Positions 1 to 10,406 of a DNA stretch of 64,000 nucleotides are shown piece by piece (the first letter of the stretch is position 1; each line of letters starts with the position of its first letter). The DNA comes from an uncultured delta proteobacterium (GTDB lineage: Bacteria > Desulfobacterota > Zymogenia > Zymogenales > Zymogenaceae). Under the pieces are notes generated by a model that was not told the DNA's origin, made no database searches, and saw only the letters and a list, made by a program, of their open reading frames with translations. The translations under genes and the position numbers were made by a program. The stretch covers positions 96,001 through 160,000 of the forward strand of contig CAWBYW010000004.1 in the NCBI GenBank assembly GCA_963792965.1. Reading direction: 5' to 3'.

Positions 1-49
1 GCATCGAGCTTTCATGCCGATAGATAATTTCCGAGGGGAGGAGGGAGCT

Positions 50-832
50 ATGGACTACGACCATAAAGTCGTTCTGATAACCGGGGCGTCGTCGGGCATC
101 GGGAGGGCCGTCGCCGTGGCGCTGGGCCGTTATAACAACGATATCTTTGTCACGGCGCGGCGCAAGAAGCAGCTTGACGAGACGGCGGAGCTGGTGAAGA
201 AGAACGGCAGCCGGTGCTACCCCATCGTGGGCGACGCGCTGGACGAGGGCCACTGCGGGTCTGTCGTGGGCGAGATAGTCAAGAAGTTCAAACGCATCGA
301 CATCGCGCTCTTGAACATCGGGGAGGGGCCGCCCTCAAACACGCTGACCGCCTCCCCTTCGGTGATCAAGCGGTGCATGAGGGTCAACTACGACACGATG
401 ATAAACTTCTTCTGCCCCATCCTCGCCCAGATGAAAAAGCAGACGACAAAATCGCTCATCGCCCAGACGAACTCGCTGGCGACCTATTTCGGGATACCGA
501 TGCAGGGAGACTACACCGCCGCCAAGGCCGCCGGGAGGATCTTCCTTGATACCGCCCGGCTGGAGCTGAAGCACTTCGGCTACACGCACATCCTGATCCA
601 GACGATCCACCCTGGCTTCGTCGACACGGAGAGGAGCCGGAACGACGGAATCCCCGAGCCCAACGTCATCAGCGAGGAAGCATCGGCCGCATACATCCTG
701 AAGGGCTTCAAGAAGGAGTGCCGCGAGAACCGGTTCCCGCTCAGCATGAGCGCGGCGGTGCGGTTCGGGAGGGTCTCTCCCAATTGGCTCAGGACCAGGG
801 TGCTCTTGGGCGAGACCCCGAAACAATACTGA
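50..832 (+). CDS. Short-chain dehydrogenase/reductase (SDR)
   Basis: TGASSGIG Rossmann motif, YTAAK catalytic motif, HPGFVDT; GGAG-rich SD before ATG at 50. Confidence 0.9.
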   Translation: MDYDHKVVLITGASSGIGRAVAVALGRYNNDIFVTARRKKQLDETAELVKKNGSRCYPIVGDALDEGHCGSVVGEIVKKFKRIDIALLNIGEGPPSNTLTASPSVIKRCMRVNYDTMINFFCPILAQMKKQTTKSLIAQTNSLATYFGIPMQGDYTAAKAAGRIFLDTARLELKHFGYTHILIQTIHPGFVDTERSRNDGIPEPNVISEEASAAYILKGFKKECRENRFPLSMSAAVRFGRVSPNWLRTRVLLGETPKQY

Positions 833-956
833 CCACGGCCGGAAGAGGCGGCGCCGCGTCTCCGTCTATCTCCTTTTCGACGCGGGAAACGGAGTCCCGT
901 GCAGCAGGCGCGCGCCGGCGACCCGGCCCCCCGCGTTCTCCCCGGTCAGACCGTCG

Positions 957-1346
957 TCACTTCTTGAGGAGGTCGCGGATCTCCGTCAAGAGCTTCACCT
1001 CTTCGGGGGGCTTGGCCGGGGCCGCCTCCTTTTTCTTCTGCAGCCTGCTCATCATGCGGATTACCAGGAAGATCGTGAACGCGATGATGATGAAGTCGAT
1101 CACCGTGTTGATGAAGACGCCGTAGTTGAGCGTGACCGCGGGAACTTTGCCGGCCGCCGCCTTGAGGGTCACCGCAAGCTTTGAAAAATCGACGCCGCCC
1201 AACATCAGGCCGATCGGCGGCATGAGCACGTCGCCCACAAAGGAGCTGACGATCTTTCCGAACGCGGTTCCGATAATGATGCCGACCGCCATGTCGATCA
1301 CGTTTCCGCGCATGGCGAAATCCTTGAAATCTTTCAACATGGACAT
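957..1346 (-). CDS. mscL: Large-conductance mechanosensitive channel MscL
   Basis: [30 protein letters not shown]-terminus and [10 protein letters not shown]-terminus; GGAGG SD. Confidence 0.97.
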   Translation of the reverse strand: MSMLKDFKDFAMRGNVIDMAVGIIIGTAFGKIVSSFVGDVLMPPIGLMLGGVDFSKLAVTLKAAAGKVPAVTLNYGVFINTVIDFIIIAFTIFLVIRMMSRLQKKKEAAPAKPPEEVKLLTEIRDLLKK

Positions 1347-1520
1347 ATTAGATCTCCTCCGTTAATAGTTCGTGCCGCCCCGTACTCGTGTGCGAGACGG
1401 CCCCATAACCGTATCGCGGGCCACGGGCCGTGTCAATTGAATTGTGGGCCGGTCGCGCCCGACGGACGAGCACGCGGTCGCCGCAGCCCGTCCTTTTGGG
1501 GCGCGCCCCCTCTTTTCCGC

Positions 1521-1549
1521 TTGCCATAATCTCCCAAATCCGCTACACT
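1521..1549 (+). promoter_or_regulatory. Sigma70-type promoter for the YfcC-family carrier
   Basis: TTGCCA-N17-TACACT. Confidence 0.55.
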
Positions 1550-1695
1550 AACACCCGCATATCAAAACCCCCCGGTTGTCCTTTTGCATCGGACGACGGG
1601 GGAGGGGGCCGCCCGGCCGGTTGACTGCTCTCCTTTCCTCGATTCCCGTCGGGGCGTCCACCTGTTTCCTCTTACCCTCTCTATGGAGTATCCCT

Positions 1696-3159
1696 ATGGT
1701 AGACCTCGACGTGAAGCTTCCCGTTGGCAGGATGGTCATGGGCTACGTGATCATCATCGCCCTTCTGGTGGTCGTGGCGGTGGCGACCCATTATGTCCCG
1801 GCGGGTACGTACGACCGGGTCAACAAGGCCAACCCCGAGACCGGCTCGACCATGAGCGTGATTGTGCCCGACTCCTTCCGCTACGTTACCCCCAGCCCCC
1901 AGGGCGTCGTTGACCTGATCGTCTCGCCGGTCAAGTCCCTCTACTACAAGGGGCCCATCGCGGCGATCATCGTCATCTTCATCATCCTTATCGGCGGCTC
2001 GTTTATGGCCATGCGGCGGACCGGGGCGCTGGACGCCGGGGTCCTCAGGTTCATCAGGGCGTTCGAGGGGAAGGAGAAATATGTGATACCTGCCCTGATG
2101 ATCTTCTTTTCGCTCTTCGGGGCCCTCTTCGGGATCCTCGAGGAGCTGACGCCCTTCATCATCATCATCGTGCCGATGACCATCGCCATGGGGTATGACT
2201 CGATCGTGGGGCTCATGCTCATCTTCGGGGCGTGCGGGGTGGGCTTCACGGCGGCCATCACCAACCCCTTCACCATCGGGGTGGCCCAGCGGATTGCGGA
2301 GATCCCCCTCTTTTCCGGGGCGACCTACCGGATCTTCGTCTGGTTTGTGATGATGGCCATCGCCGTGGGCTACACGATGTGGTACGCCGCCAGGGTTAAA
2401 AAAGACCCCACAAAGAGCCTCGTGAAGGACTTTGACGCGTCGGTCCGCAAGGAGTTTGTCGAGATCGAGCGGGAGTTTTCCGACTTCACGGCGGCCCACA
2501 AGCGAGTCGTGTCGGTTATCGCGGCGCTCGTGGTGCTGCTCTTCGTCTGCCTCATCGTGGGGCAGCTGACCATCCCGAAGGTGATGGCCGACGCGAGCCT
2601 TCCGTTTGTCGTCCTCGTCTTCGTCGTCATGGGGGTCGCCGCGGGGCTCCTCGGCGGGCTGGGCGCATGGGGGACGCTGAAGGCCTTCGTGAAGGGGTTC
2701 ATCACGTTCATCCCGGCGGCCATCTTCATCATGCTTGCGCGCGCCGTCATCGTCATCGCGGACGAGGGGCAGATCATCGACACGATCCTCCATTCGCTGT
2801 CTGGCTTCATCGCTCAGTTCCACGTGATCATCGCCTCGTGGGCGATGCTGGTGGTGCAGACGATCATCAACTTCTTCCTCTCGTCGGGCTCGGCCCAGGC
2901 GATGGTGACGATTCCCGTCATGGTGCCGCTCGGGGAGCTCGTGGGCATCACGCGCCAGGTGACGGTGCTCGCCTTCCAGATGGGCGACGGATTCTCCAAC
3001 ATCTTCTGGCCGACCAACCCGCTCCTCATCGTCGCAGTGTCGCTTGCCGGGATCACTTGGACCAAGTGGGCGCGTTTCATGCTGCCGCTGCAGATCCTGC
3101 TGCTGATTGCCGGGTTTGGGGTGCTGACGATTGCGGTGGCGATCGGGTGGGGGCCGTAG
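1696..3159 (+). CDS. YfcC/C4-dicarboxylate anaerobic carrier family transporter
   Basis: About 12 hydrophobic segments; NPFTIGVAQRIAE, SSGSAQA, AFQMGDGFSN motifs; GGAG SD before ATG at 1696. Confidence 0.88.
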   Translation: MVDLDVKLPVGRMVMGYVIIIALLVVVAVATHYVPAGTYDRVNKANPETGSTMSVIVPDSFRYVTPSPQGVVDLIVSPVKSLYYKGPIAAIIVIFIILIGGSFMAMRRTGALDAGVLRFIRAFEGKEKYVIPALMIFFSLFGALFGILEELTPFIIIIVPMTIAMGYDSIVGLMLIFGACGVGFTAAITNPFTIGVAQRIAEIPLFSGATYRIFVWFVMMAIAVGYTMWYAARVKKDPTKSLVKDFDASVRKEFVEIEREFSDFTAAHKRVVSVIAALVVLLFVCLIVGQLTIPKVMADASLPFVVLVFVVMGVAAGLLGGLGAWGTLKAFVKGFITFIPAAIFIMLARAVIVIADEGQIIDTILHSLSGFIAQFHVIIASWAMLVVQTIINFFLSSGSAQAMVTIPVMVPLGELVGITRQVTVLAFQMGDGFSNIFWPTNPLLIVAVSLAGITWTKWARFMLPLQILLLIAGFGVLTIAVAIGWGP

Positions 3160-3164
3160 GAACT

Positions 3165-3198
3165 TTCGGGGAAACCTTTTATAAGAGGTTTCCCCGAA
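3165..3198. repeat. Long inverted repeat / hairpin just after the carrier stop codon
   Basis: TTCGGGGAAACCT pairs with AGGTTTCCCCGAA. Confidence 0.75.
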
Positions 3199-3281
3199 TA
3201 ACCCCGTCGAAAACATCTGATTGAAGGCGGTAGGCTATAGTTTTTGGCGGGAATGGGTATCCTGCTAATTCCTTGACGGGC

Positions 3282-3306
3282 CCCACGCGAACGAAGTTCG
3301 CGTGGG
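3282..3306. repeat. Perfect 11-bp hairpin with GAA loop
   Basis: CCCACGCGAAC-GAA-GTTCGCGTGGG. Confidence 0.75.
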
Positions 3307-3360
3307 TGGGCAGACGGCCCCGACAGGAGAGAAAAGGAAGGAAGAACGAAGTCTTGGTTT

Positions 3361-3384
3361 GTAGGGGCGGCATATATGCCGCCC
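3361..3384 (+). repeat. GTAG-family REP-like element
   Basis: GTAG followed by the perfect 20-bp palindrome GGGCGGCATATATGCCGCCC. Confidence 0.7.
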
Positions 3385-3487
3385 GAAAGCTTCCCAGAAT
3401 AATCATCGAAGGAGGTGATGGAGCCGTCATTTTACTAAAGGAATAACATCACATAACGTCGTCAGTTGACCAGGCATGGAGGTCTCT

Positions 3488-5618
3488 ATGCGAAGCGTAC
3501 AGATTCTGGGTATCGACGCGGGCGGGACGATGACCGACACGATCCTCATCGATAAGAGTGGCCAGATGGTGATCGGGAAGGCCGCGACGACGCCGCGGGA
3601 CGAGTCGGTCGGCTTCATCGCGTCGCTCAAGGACGCGCTGGGCTGGTGGGAGATGGGGTTGGGGGAGTCGGTCCGTAGTGCTTGACGCCGCCATCTACTC
3701 CGGCACCGCGATGATCAACGCGCTCCTCATGCGGCGTGGCAAGAAGGTGGGGCTTCTCATCACCAAGGGGCTGGAAGATTATCTCCTCATGGAGCGGGGG
3801 GTTCAGACGTATCTCGGCTATCATTATCCGGATCGGCTTCATACGGTAACCCATGTTCACAATCCCCCCCTGATCCCGAGGCGCTGGGTCAAAGGTGTCG
3901 GCGAGCGGGTCGACATGTTCGGCGTGGAGGTCATCCCCCTCTACGAAAACGAGGTGAGGGTGGGGGCGGCCGAGCTGATCGACGAGGGGGTGGAGGCGAT
4001 CTGTATCTCCTTCACCTTTTCCTACGTTAATCCCGCCCACGAGCGGCGGGCCGAGGAGATCGTCCGGGAGGTAATGAAAGAAAAGGGGGCCACTCTCCCG
4101 GTCTACATCGGCAGCCGCGTCCAGCCGGTAATGCGGGAGTATTCGCGGCTCAACTGCGTCGTCATCGAGGCCTACGCAGCCGACCCTTCCCGAAAACACC
4201 TCATCAAGATCGAAGACGAAATCAAAAAGCACGGTTTTGAGCGCCAGCTCCAGATCATGACGGCCCACGGCGGGATCGTCAATGTGCGGACCGCCAAGGC
4301 CTTCCAGAGCCTTATATCGGGGCCGATCGGCGGTGTCATCGGCTCCAAATACGTCGCGGACCGGCTCGGCATCAAGAACGTCATCTGCACCGACATGGGT
4401 GGGACGAGCTTTGACGTGGGCCTCATCACCGAGGGCGTCTTTTCCATAAACCCCGAGCCGGACATCGCTCGCTTCAAGTTGAACCTCCCCATGGTGGCGG
4501 TCGATTCCATCGGCGCCGGCACCGGCACCTACATCAAGGTCGACCCCGTCTCCTACCGCATAGAGCTGGGGCCGGAAAGCGCCGGCGCGGACCCCGGGCC
4601 CTGCTGCTACGGCATCCAGAAGGAAAACCCCACGATCTGCGACTGCGATGTAATCTGCGGGATCATCAACCCGGACTATTACCTCGGCGGGGCGATAAAG
4701 ATCTACCCGGAGATCGCCAAGGAGGTCTTCAAAGATAAGGTTGCCGATAAGCTGGGGCTTGACGTCTATGAGGCGGCCTCCGGTATGGTGGACCTGGTTG
4801 AGACCCAGATGCGCGACCACCTCCACGCGATGGTGCTGGGCCGGGGATTCGAGACGTTTGACTACTACCTCTCGTCCTACGGCGGCGCGGGTCCGATGCA
4901 CTGCGCGAACTACTCCGAGGGGCTTAACTTCAAGGGGATCATGATACCCTCCTGGGCGCCGGCCTTCTCTGCCTTCGGATGCACCTGCGCCGACTACCAG
5001 CACCGGGCCGATAAGTCGACCCTCGTGATGTTTCCGCCCGGGGCCGACGAGAACACCAAGGTCGCGCTTGGCGGGATGCTCAACGCCATCTGGGCCGAGC
5101 TTAAGCAGATGCTGTTAGCAGAATTTTCAGGAGAGGGCTACACGGAGGCGCAGATACGCTTTTCCCCGCTCGTCCGCATGAGCTATACGGGACAGCTGGA
5201 CGCGCTGGAGGTGAAGTGCCCGACGCTATCCATCGCGAAGGTGGCAGAGGTAGACGCTATCATCAATAACTTCGAAGCGCTCTACGAAAAGGTCTTCGCC
5301 CGGGCCGCCAAGTTCCCGGAGGCGGGGTACCTCGTGACCGAGGCGGTCCTCACCGCAACGGTCGACACGGTAAAGCCGAAGATGCCCAAATCGAAGCTCT
5401 CCGAAAAGAAGCCGGATAAGGGGGCGGTCAAGGGAAAACGGGACGTCTACTGGAAGGGGGACTGGAAGAAATTTACCCTCTACGAGATGGACCTCCTCAA
5501 GCCGGGCAACGTCGCTGGTGGGCCGTGCATTGTCGAGCACCCCGCGACGACCCTCGTGGTGCCGCCTCGGTACCGCGTCACCATGGACGAATACCGCATC
5601 TTCTGGATGGAACGTTAG
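3488..5618 (+). CDS. acxA: Acetone carboxylase beta-subunit-like protein (hydantoinase A/oxoprolinase, ATP-binding); frameshift near 3680
   Basis: GIDAGGTMTDT, YSGTAM, SGPIGGVIG, DMGGTSFD, SYGGAGPMH; ORFs 3476-3685 and 3678-5618 join into one protein; GGAGG SD. Confidence 0.88.
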
Positions 5619-5630
5619 GAGGAGACGACC

Positions 5631-7843
5631 ATGCCAAAAGCAGTCGAAAAGATAAAGAAACCCGTTGGATGGGACGGCAAGACCCTGAAGGAAATGCTGG
5701 ATACGCTCCCGCGAAGAGTTCGAGAAAACCGGGAGCTACTGGGGCGTGAAAAAGCTCACGCTCAAGGAAAAGGACCCGCTCAAATACGAGCGGCTTTATT
5801 CGCGCCTGCGCGGGATGATGGTGGCGTCCCGCGAGGCGGCCGTCAGGGTGAGCGCTTCGCCGATCGTCAAGGAGCTGGGCGAGCTCTGCTTTGCGCTCTA
5901 CACTCCGGAGGGAGACTCGGTGGTGCTTTCCACCGGGATCATCGTCCATGTGCACACCATGAGCATGGCCATCAAGTGGATGATCGACAACGACTACGAG
6001 GCGGACCCGGGGATTGACCCCGGCGACGTCTTCGGCAACAACGACCCCCTCATCGGCGACGCCCACACCGCCGACGTGCAGAGCCTCACCCCGATATTCT
6101 ACAAAGACGAGGTGATCGGCTGGGTCGGCGCGGTCACCCACGTCATGGACTGCGGCGGCGTCGATGCCGGGGGGCTGCCGATTATGACGATCAACCGTTT
6201 CGGCGACGGGCTCTACCTCTCGTGCGAAAAGGTGGGGACAAACTGGAAGCTCAGGCGAGACTACGAGATACGCTGCGACCGCAACCTCAGATATCCGCTC
6301 TTCTGGCACCTGGACGAAAAGGCGCGGCTTGCCGGCTCGCAGATCGTCCACTCAACGATCGCAGGGATCATCGACGAGTTCGGAGTAGACTACTACAAGA
6401 GATTCATGCACGAGGTGATCGAGGAAGGGCGGCAGATCTTTACGCGGAGGGCCACCGAGCGGCTCTTCCCGGGCGTCTTTCGATCGGTCTCGTTTTACGA
6501 TGTCGACCAGAAGGACGCGCCGCTGCCCCTCATCGCGGCAAAGGACATGATCATGCATGCGCCGGTCAAGGTCGAGATCAAGCCGGACGGGCAGCTGATC
6601 TTCGACATGGCGGGCACCAACCGCTGGAACTACCACCCGGCCAACTGTTCCATCTCGGCGATGCAGGGGGGCTTCTGGGTCTCCATCACCCAGATGCTTG
6701 CCTACGACGGCAAGGTCAACGACGGGGCATATCTTGCCACCGTCCAGCACTACCCGTACGGCTCATGGGCCAATCCCGATAACCCCCACGTCTCCAACTC
6801 GGCGACATGGGGGCCCCTCATGAGCACCTATAACAACCTGTACCGTTGCCTCTCGCGGAGCTTCTTCGGCAGGGGGTTTCGGGAGGAGATGCTGGCGGGC
6901 TACGGGAACAACTCGATGTGCCAGCTCGGCGGGACCGACCAATACGGGCGGCCGCTGGGGATCATCAACTTCGAGCTCTCGGCGGCCGGGTGCGGGGCGC
7001 GCTCGGTCATGGACGGCCTGGATACCGGCTACGCCGTCTGGAACACGGAGGCCGACCAGGGCAATGTGGAGATCTGGGAGTTGTTCATCCCGAAGGTTTA
7101 TCTGGGCAGAAGCCTGACGCCGGATTCGGCCGGTATGGGCAAGTACCGGGGCGGCTCGGGGTTCCATAGCGTTTACCTCTTCTGGAACTCGAACAACGTC
7201 GAGGTTGTCAGCGCGGGTCCCGGAAAGGTTTTCGATAACTGCGGCCTCTTCGGTGCCTATCCAGGCGCCCGGGTCATGCGGCATAAGGAGATGGTGCTCA
7301 ATTCCAACATCAAAGAGCTTGTCGGCAAATTCCTCCCTTATCCCACCCGGGAGGGCGACCCTAATAACCCCGACATCATGACGATGCTCGAGGGCGACAA
7401 GAAAATCCTCGACTGTTCCATGATGCACCCGATCCCGATGAAGACTGGCGATGTCTTCATCCAGCACTATCAGGGTGGGCCGGGCTACGGCGATCCCATC
7501 GAGCGCGATCCCGAGGCGGTCGTGCACGACCTTAATAACAACACGGCGCTCCCCTCAAAGGCCCGCGACGTCTACGGGGTGGCGGCCCGATACGATGAGA
7601 GGGAGAAGACGTGGAAGTGCGATCCCGAAGAGACGAAGAAGATCAGGGAGGCGATCCGAGCCGCGCGTCGGGAAAGGGGCATCCCAACGAAGGAATGGGT
7701 TGAGAAGACACGGGAAAGAGATCGCCAAAAAGGAGATCTCCGAGGTCGTGGCGATGATGTATAAGGAGAGCATGGAGCTATCGCCCGAGTTCGCCAAGGA
7801 GTTTAAAGAGTTCTGGGGACTCCCCGCAGATTTCACGTTCTAA
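5631..7843 (+). CDS. acxB: Acetone carboxylase alpha-subunit-like protein (hydantoinase B); frameshifts near 5708 and 7718
   Basis: GWDGKTLKEML start, GELCFALY, STGIIVH, HxxD (HTAD) and THVMD metal motifs, GKYRGG, GGPGYGDP, FWGLP end. Confidence 0.88.
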
Positions 7844-7860
7844 CGCGAGTACAGGAGGTC

Positions 7861-8364
7861 GTGATGCCTACCTATACCAAGGAGATAATAGCCGACCTGA
7901 TCGACGGGAGGCTTCCCTGGGCCACGCTGAAAAATATCATGAGCGGTACCAAGGACCCCGATCGGTTCGAAAAATATCTTGAGATCCTCCAGGAGCGGGT
8001 GTCCTGGAAGGAAAAAATCCTCGTCCCCGTCGCCGAGCACCTCTATGTCGTCCAGAAGGGGGATAGACGCGTCGTCAAGTGTGACTGCGGCCATGAGTTC
8101 GGCGACTATCGCGTCAACTGGAAATTGTCCGCCCTCATCCACGTCAGAGATACCGACGAAAAGATGGGCGAGATATTCGAGGGACTGCATAAGCCCGACA
8201 TACAATGGTCCGAGATCCGGGAGTATTACTGCCCGGGGTGCGCCGCCCAGCTCGAGGTGGAGGCCGTCACCCCCGGTTATCCGATCCTTTTCGACTTCCT
8301 GCCGGATATCGACGGGTTTTACGAATTGCGTCCTGACCTCAAGAAGAAGGTCATGGGAAAGTAG
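7861..8364 (+). CDS. acxC: Acetone carboxylase gamma-subunit-like protein
   Basis: KDPDRFEKY, Zn-binding KCDCGH and YCPGC, DFLPDIDGFY; AGGAGG SD. Confidence 0.9.
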   Translation: MMPTYTKEIIADLIDGRLPWATLKNIMSGTKDPDRFEKYLEILQERVSWKEKILVPVAEHLYVVQKGDRRVVKCDCGHEFGDYRVNWKLSALIHVRDTDEKMGEIFEGLHKPDIQWSEIREYYCPGCAAQLEVEAVTPGYPILFDFLPDIDGFYELRPDLKKKVMGK

Positions 8365-8512
8365 AGAGGTCGGCGTCGCCGGGATACCGGCCTGCGGGCG
8401 GTGTGGGTGCCGTCCGCCCGGCTCATTTCGCGCGATGGATAAAGGAAACGGTTGCCGTCGCCGGCCTTCCTATGGTATAGTTCACATACGGTAACGGAGA
8501 AAGGGAAGTCCC

Positions 8513-9268
8513 ATGGAAGTACGCCTCGATAACAAGATCATGCTCGTGACCGGCGCCGCCATCGGAATCGGCAGGGAGATCGCACGGGAGGCCGCCCGGG
8601 CCGGCGCGTTGGTGGCCGTCAACTACCGTACGAGCGAAAGGGAGGCCCAGACGCTTAGTGAGGAGATCGAGGGAGAGGGGGGGTGCTGCTGCCTGGTGCG
8701 GGCCGACGTCTCCGAAGAAGATCAGGTCATACGGATGTTCAGAGAGGTGACCGAGAAGCTCGGGGGGCCCCCCGAATGTCTGGTCAACAACGCCGGCTCG
8801 ATGGTCGAGCGCAAACCGATCGCGGAGATGGACGTCGCCGTCTGGGACAAGGTGACGGCGGTCAATCTACGCTCGGTCTTCCTCTGCTCCCGGGAGGCCC
8901 TCAAGTCGATGATCCCGAAGAAGAGCGGCGTCATCGTCAATATCTCGTCGATCGCCGCCTATACGGGTGGGGGACCTGGGGCCAGCGCCTATGCGTCAAC
9001 TAAGGGGGCGATAAACACTTTCACGGTAGGGCTTGCGCGCGAGGTGGCAAAACACAACATCCGGGTGGTGGCGGTGGCGCCCGGCGTCATCGACACGCCG
9101 TTTCACGATAAGTTCACCAGCCCCGAGCGGAAACGTCAGTTTGAGAAGATGATCCCGATCGGTCGGGTAGGGCACGCCTCGGATATCGCGCCTCTGGTGA
9201 TCTTTTTGGCCTCCGACCTTGCGTCATTTGCCACGGGCCACCATTTCGATATTACCGGGGGTATGTGA
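8513..9268 (+). CDS. SDR family oxidoreductase (FabG-like)
   Basis: TGAAIGIG, NNAG, YASTK, APGVIDT. Confidence 0.9.
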   Translation: MEVRLDNKIMLVTGAAIGIGREIAREAARAGALVAVNYRTSEREAQTLSEEIEGEGGCCCLVRADVSEEDQVIRMFREVTEKLGGPPECLVNNAGSMVERKPIAEMDVAVWDKVTAVNLRSVFLCSREALKSMIPKKSGVIVNISSIAAYTGGGPGASAYASTKGAINTFTVGLAREVAKHNIRVVAVAPGVIDTPFHDKFTSPERKRQFEKMIPIGRVGHASDIAPLVIFLASDLASFATGHHFDITGGM

Positions 9269-9274
9269 GAAGCC

Positions 9275-10342
9275 ATGAAAAAGGTATTCGTCGAGGAGCT
9301 GAGAGAACGGCAGGGTCAGACGGTCGATACGACGTTTCTGGTGCGGGATAAGATGCTTTCAGCCACGAAGGACGGCCGTCCCTACATCAGGCTTGCTCTC
9401 TTAGACCGTACGGGGAAGGTGGAGGCCAGGATCTGGGAGCGTACCGACCAGGAGAATCATATCGGCCGGACGTTCGAGGCCTTCAAGCGCAACGACATCG
9501 TCAGGATCAGGGGACGCGTGGAGAGCTTCAAAGACGCGCTCCAGATCAATGTCGAGAGCGTCGAGCAGGCAACCGAAAGTATCGACATCGCCGATTACCT
9601 GCTCAAGGGCACCAAGAACGTTGACGAGCTGACGAAAGACTTCACCAAGATCGTCGCCGGCATGAAAAACCCTCACCTCAAACACCTCCTGTTCGCTTTT
9701 CTGAAGGACACTGACTTCATGGCGCACTTTACCGTCGCCCCCGCCGCCAAGAAGCTCCACCAGGCCTACCTCGGCGGGCTGATCGAGCACACGCACAACC
9801 TCGTGCGGATGGCGCTGGATATCTCTAAGTACTACGGCCAGGTCAACGGCGAGCTCCTCGTCACCGGCGCGTTCCTGCACGACATCGGCAAGATCCACGA
9901 GCTCGAGTATGGGCGGGGATTTGACTACTCCGACAAGGGGCGATTCCTCGGGCACCTCTTCATCGGGGCCCGAATGGTCGACGAAAAGATCGCCGCGATC
10001 GTGGACTTCCCCGAGGCGCTCAAGAACATGGTGCTCCACCTCATCCTCTCCCACCACGGGGTCCATGAGTACGGCGCGCCGGTCCTCCCGGCGACGCTTG
10101 AGGCGATCATCCTGTTTCAGATCGACGACCTGGACGCCAAGGTATGGGGGTTCACCGCCGAACAGGCAAGATCGGAAAACATCGAGGGGAACTGGACAAG
10201 CTTCTCAAACGTCTACGGCCGCTTCATCTACAAGGGAGACACCTTCCTCGGGGTGGGCGAGGACGAGGCGGAGCGAAGGGAGAGAAAGAAGCGGGAGCTG
10301 TCGGGCAAAAAGCTGATGCTGGGCCTCTTCGACGAGGAATGA
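9275..10342 (+). CDS. yhaM: 3'-5' exoribonuclease YhaM/Cbf1 family (OB fold plus HD domain)
   Basis: N-terminal OB fold (LDRTGKVEARIW), APAAKKLHQAYLGGLIEH, LHDIGK, SHHG. Confidence 0.88.
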   Translation: MKKVFVEELRERQGQTVDTTFLVRDKMLSATKDGRPYIRLALLDRTGKVEARIWERTDQENHIGRTFEAFKRNDIVRIRGRVESFKDALQINVESVEQATESIDIADYLLKGTKNVDELTKDFTKIVAGMKNPHLKHLLFAFLKDTDFMAHFTVAPAAKKLHQAYLGGLIEHTHNLVRMALDISKYYGQVNGELLVTGAFLHDIGKIHELEYGRGFDYSDKGRFLGHLFIGARMVDEKIAAIVDFPEALKNMVLHLILSHHGVHEYGAPVLPATLEAIILFQIDDLDAKVWGFTAEQARSENIEGNWTSFSNVYGRFIYKGDTFLGVGEDEAERRERKKRELSGKKLMLGLFDEE

Positions 10343-10406
10343 GAGTGGCGGGGCCGCCCCGGCCCGCCCGGATACCGCCTTTATTCGGCACATCGCCGGA
10401 AAACCA

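Noticed and set aside
3409-3428. Resemblance to the reverse complement of the 16S rRNA 3' end
   Set aside because: Under 20 nt with mismatches and no flanking rRNA sequence; not an rRNA fragment
3200-3487. Sigma54 promoter for the carboxylase operon
   Set aside because: No correctly spaced GG-N10-GC (TGGCAC-N5-TTGC) element found
1681-5003. Long antisense ORFs (1681-3216, 3627-5003; likewise 41779-43170, 54645-56135, 56862-58154)
   Set aside because: Shadow frames of well-supported genes in GC-rich DNA; no motifs and skewed composition
3670-7730. Programmed frameshifting in acxA/acxB
   Set aside because: No convincing slippery site plus stimulator, and identical breaks occur in unrelated housekeeping genes
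8513-9268. SDR as a dedicated alcohol dehydrogenase of the carboxylase operon
   Set aside because: It has its own promoter-like TTGCCG-N18-TATAGT and abuts yhaM, so pathway linkage is unsupported
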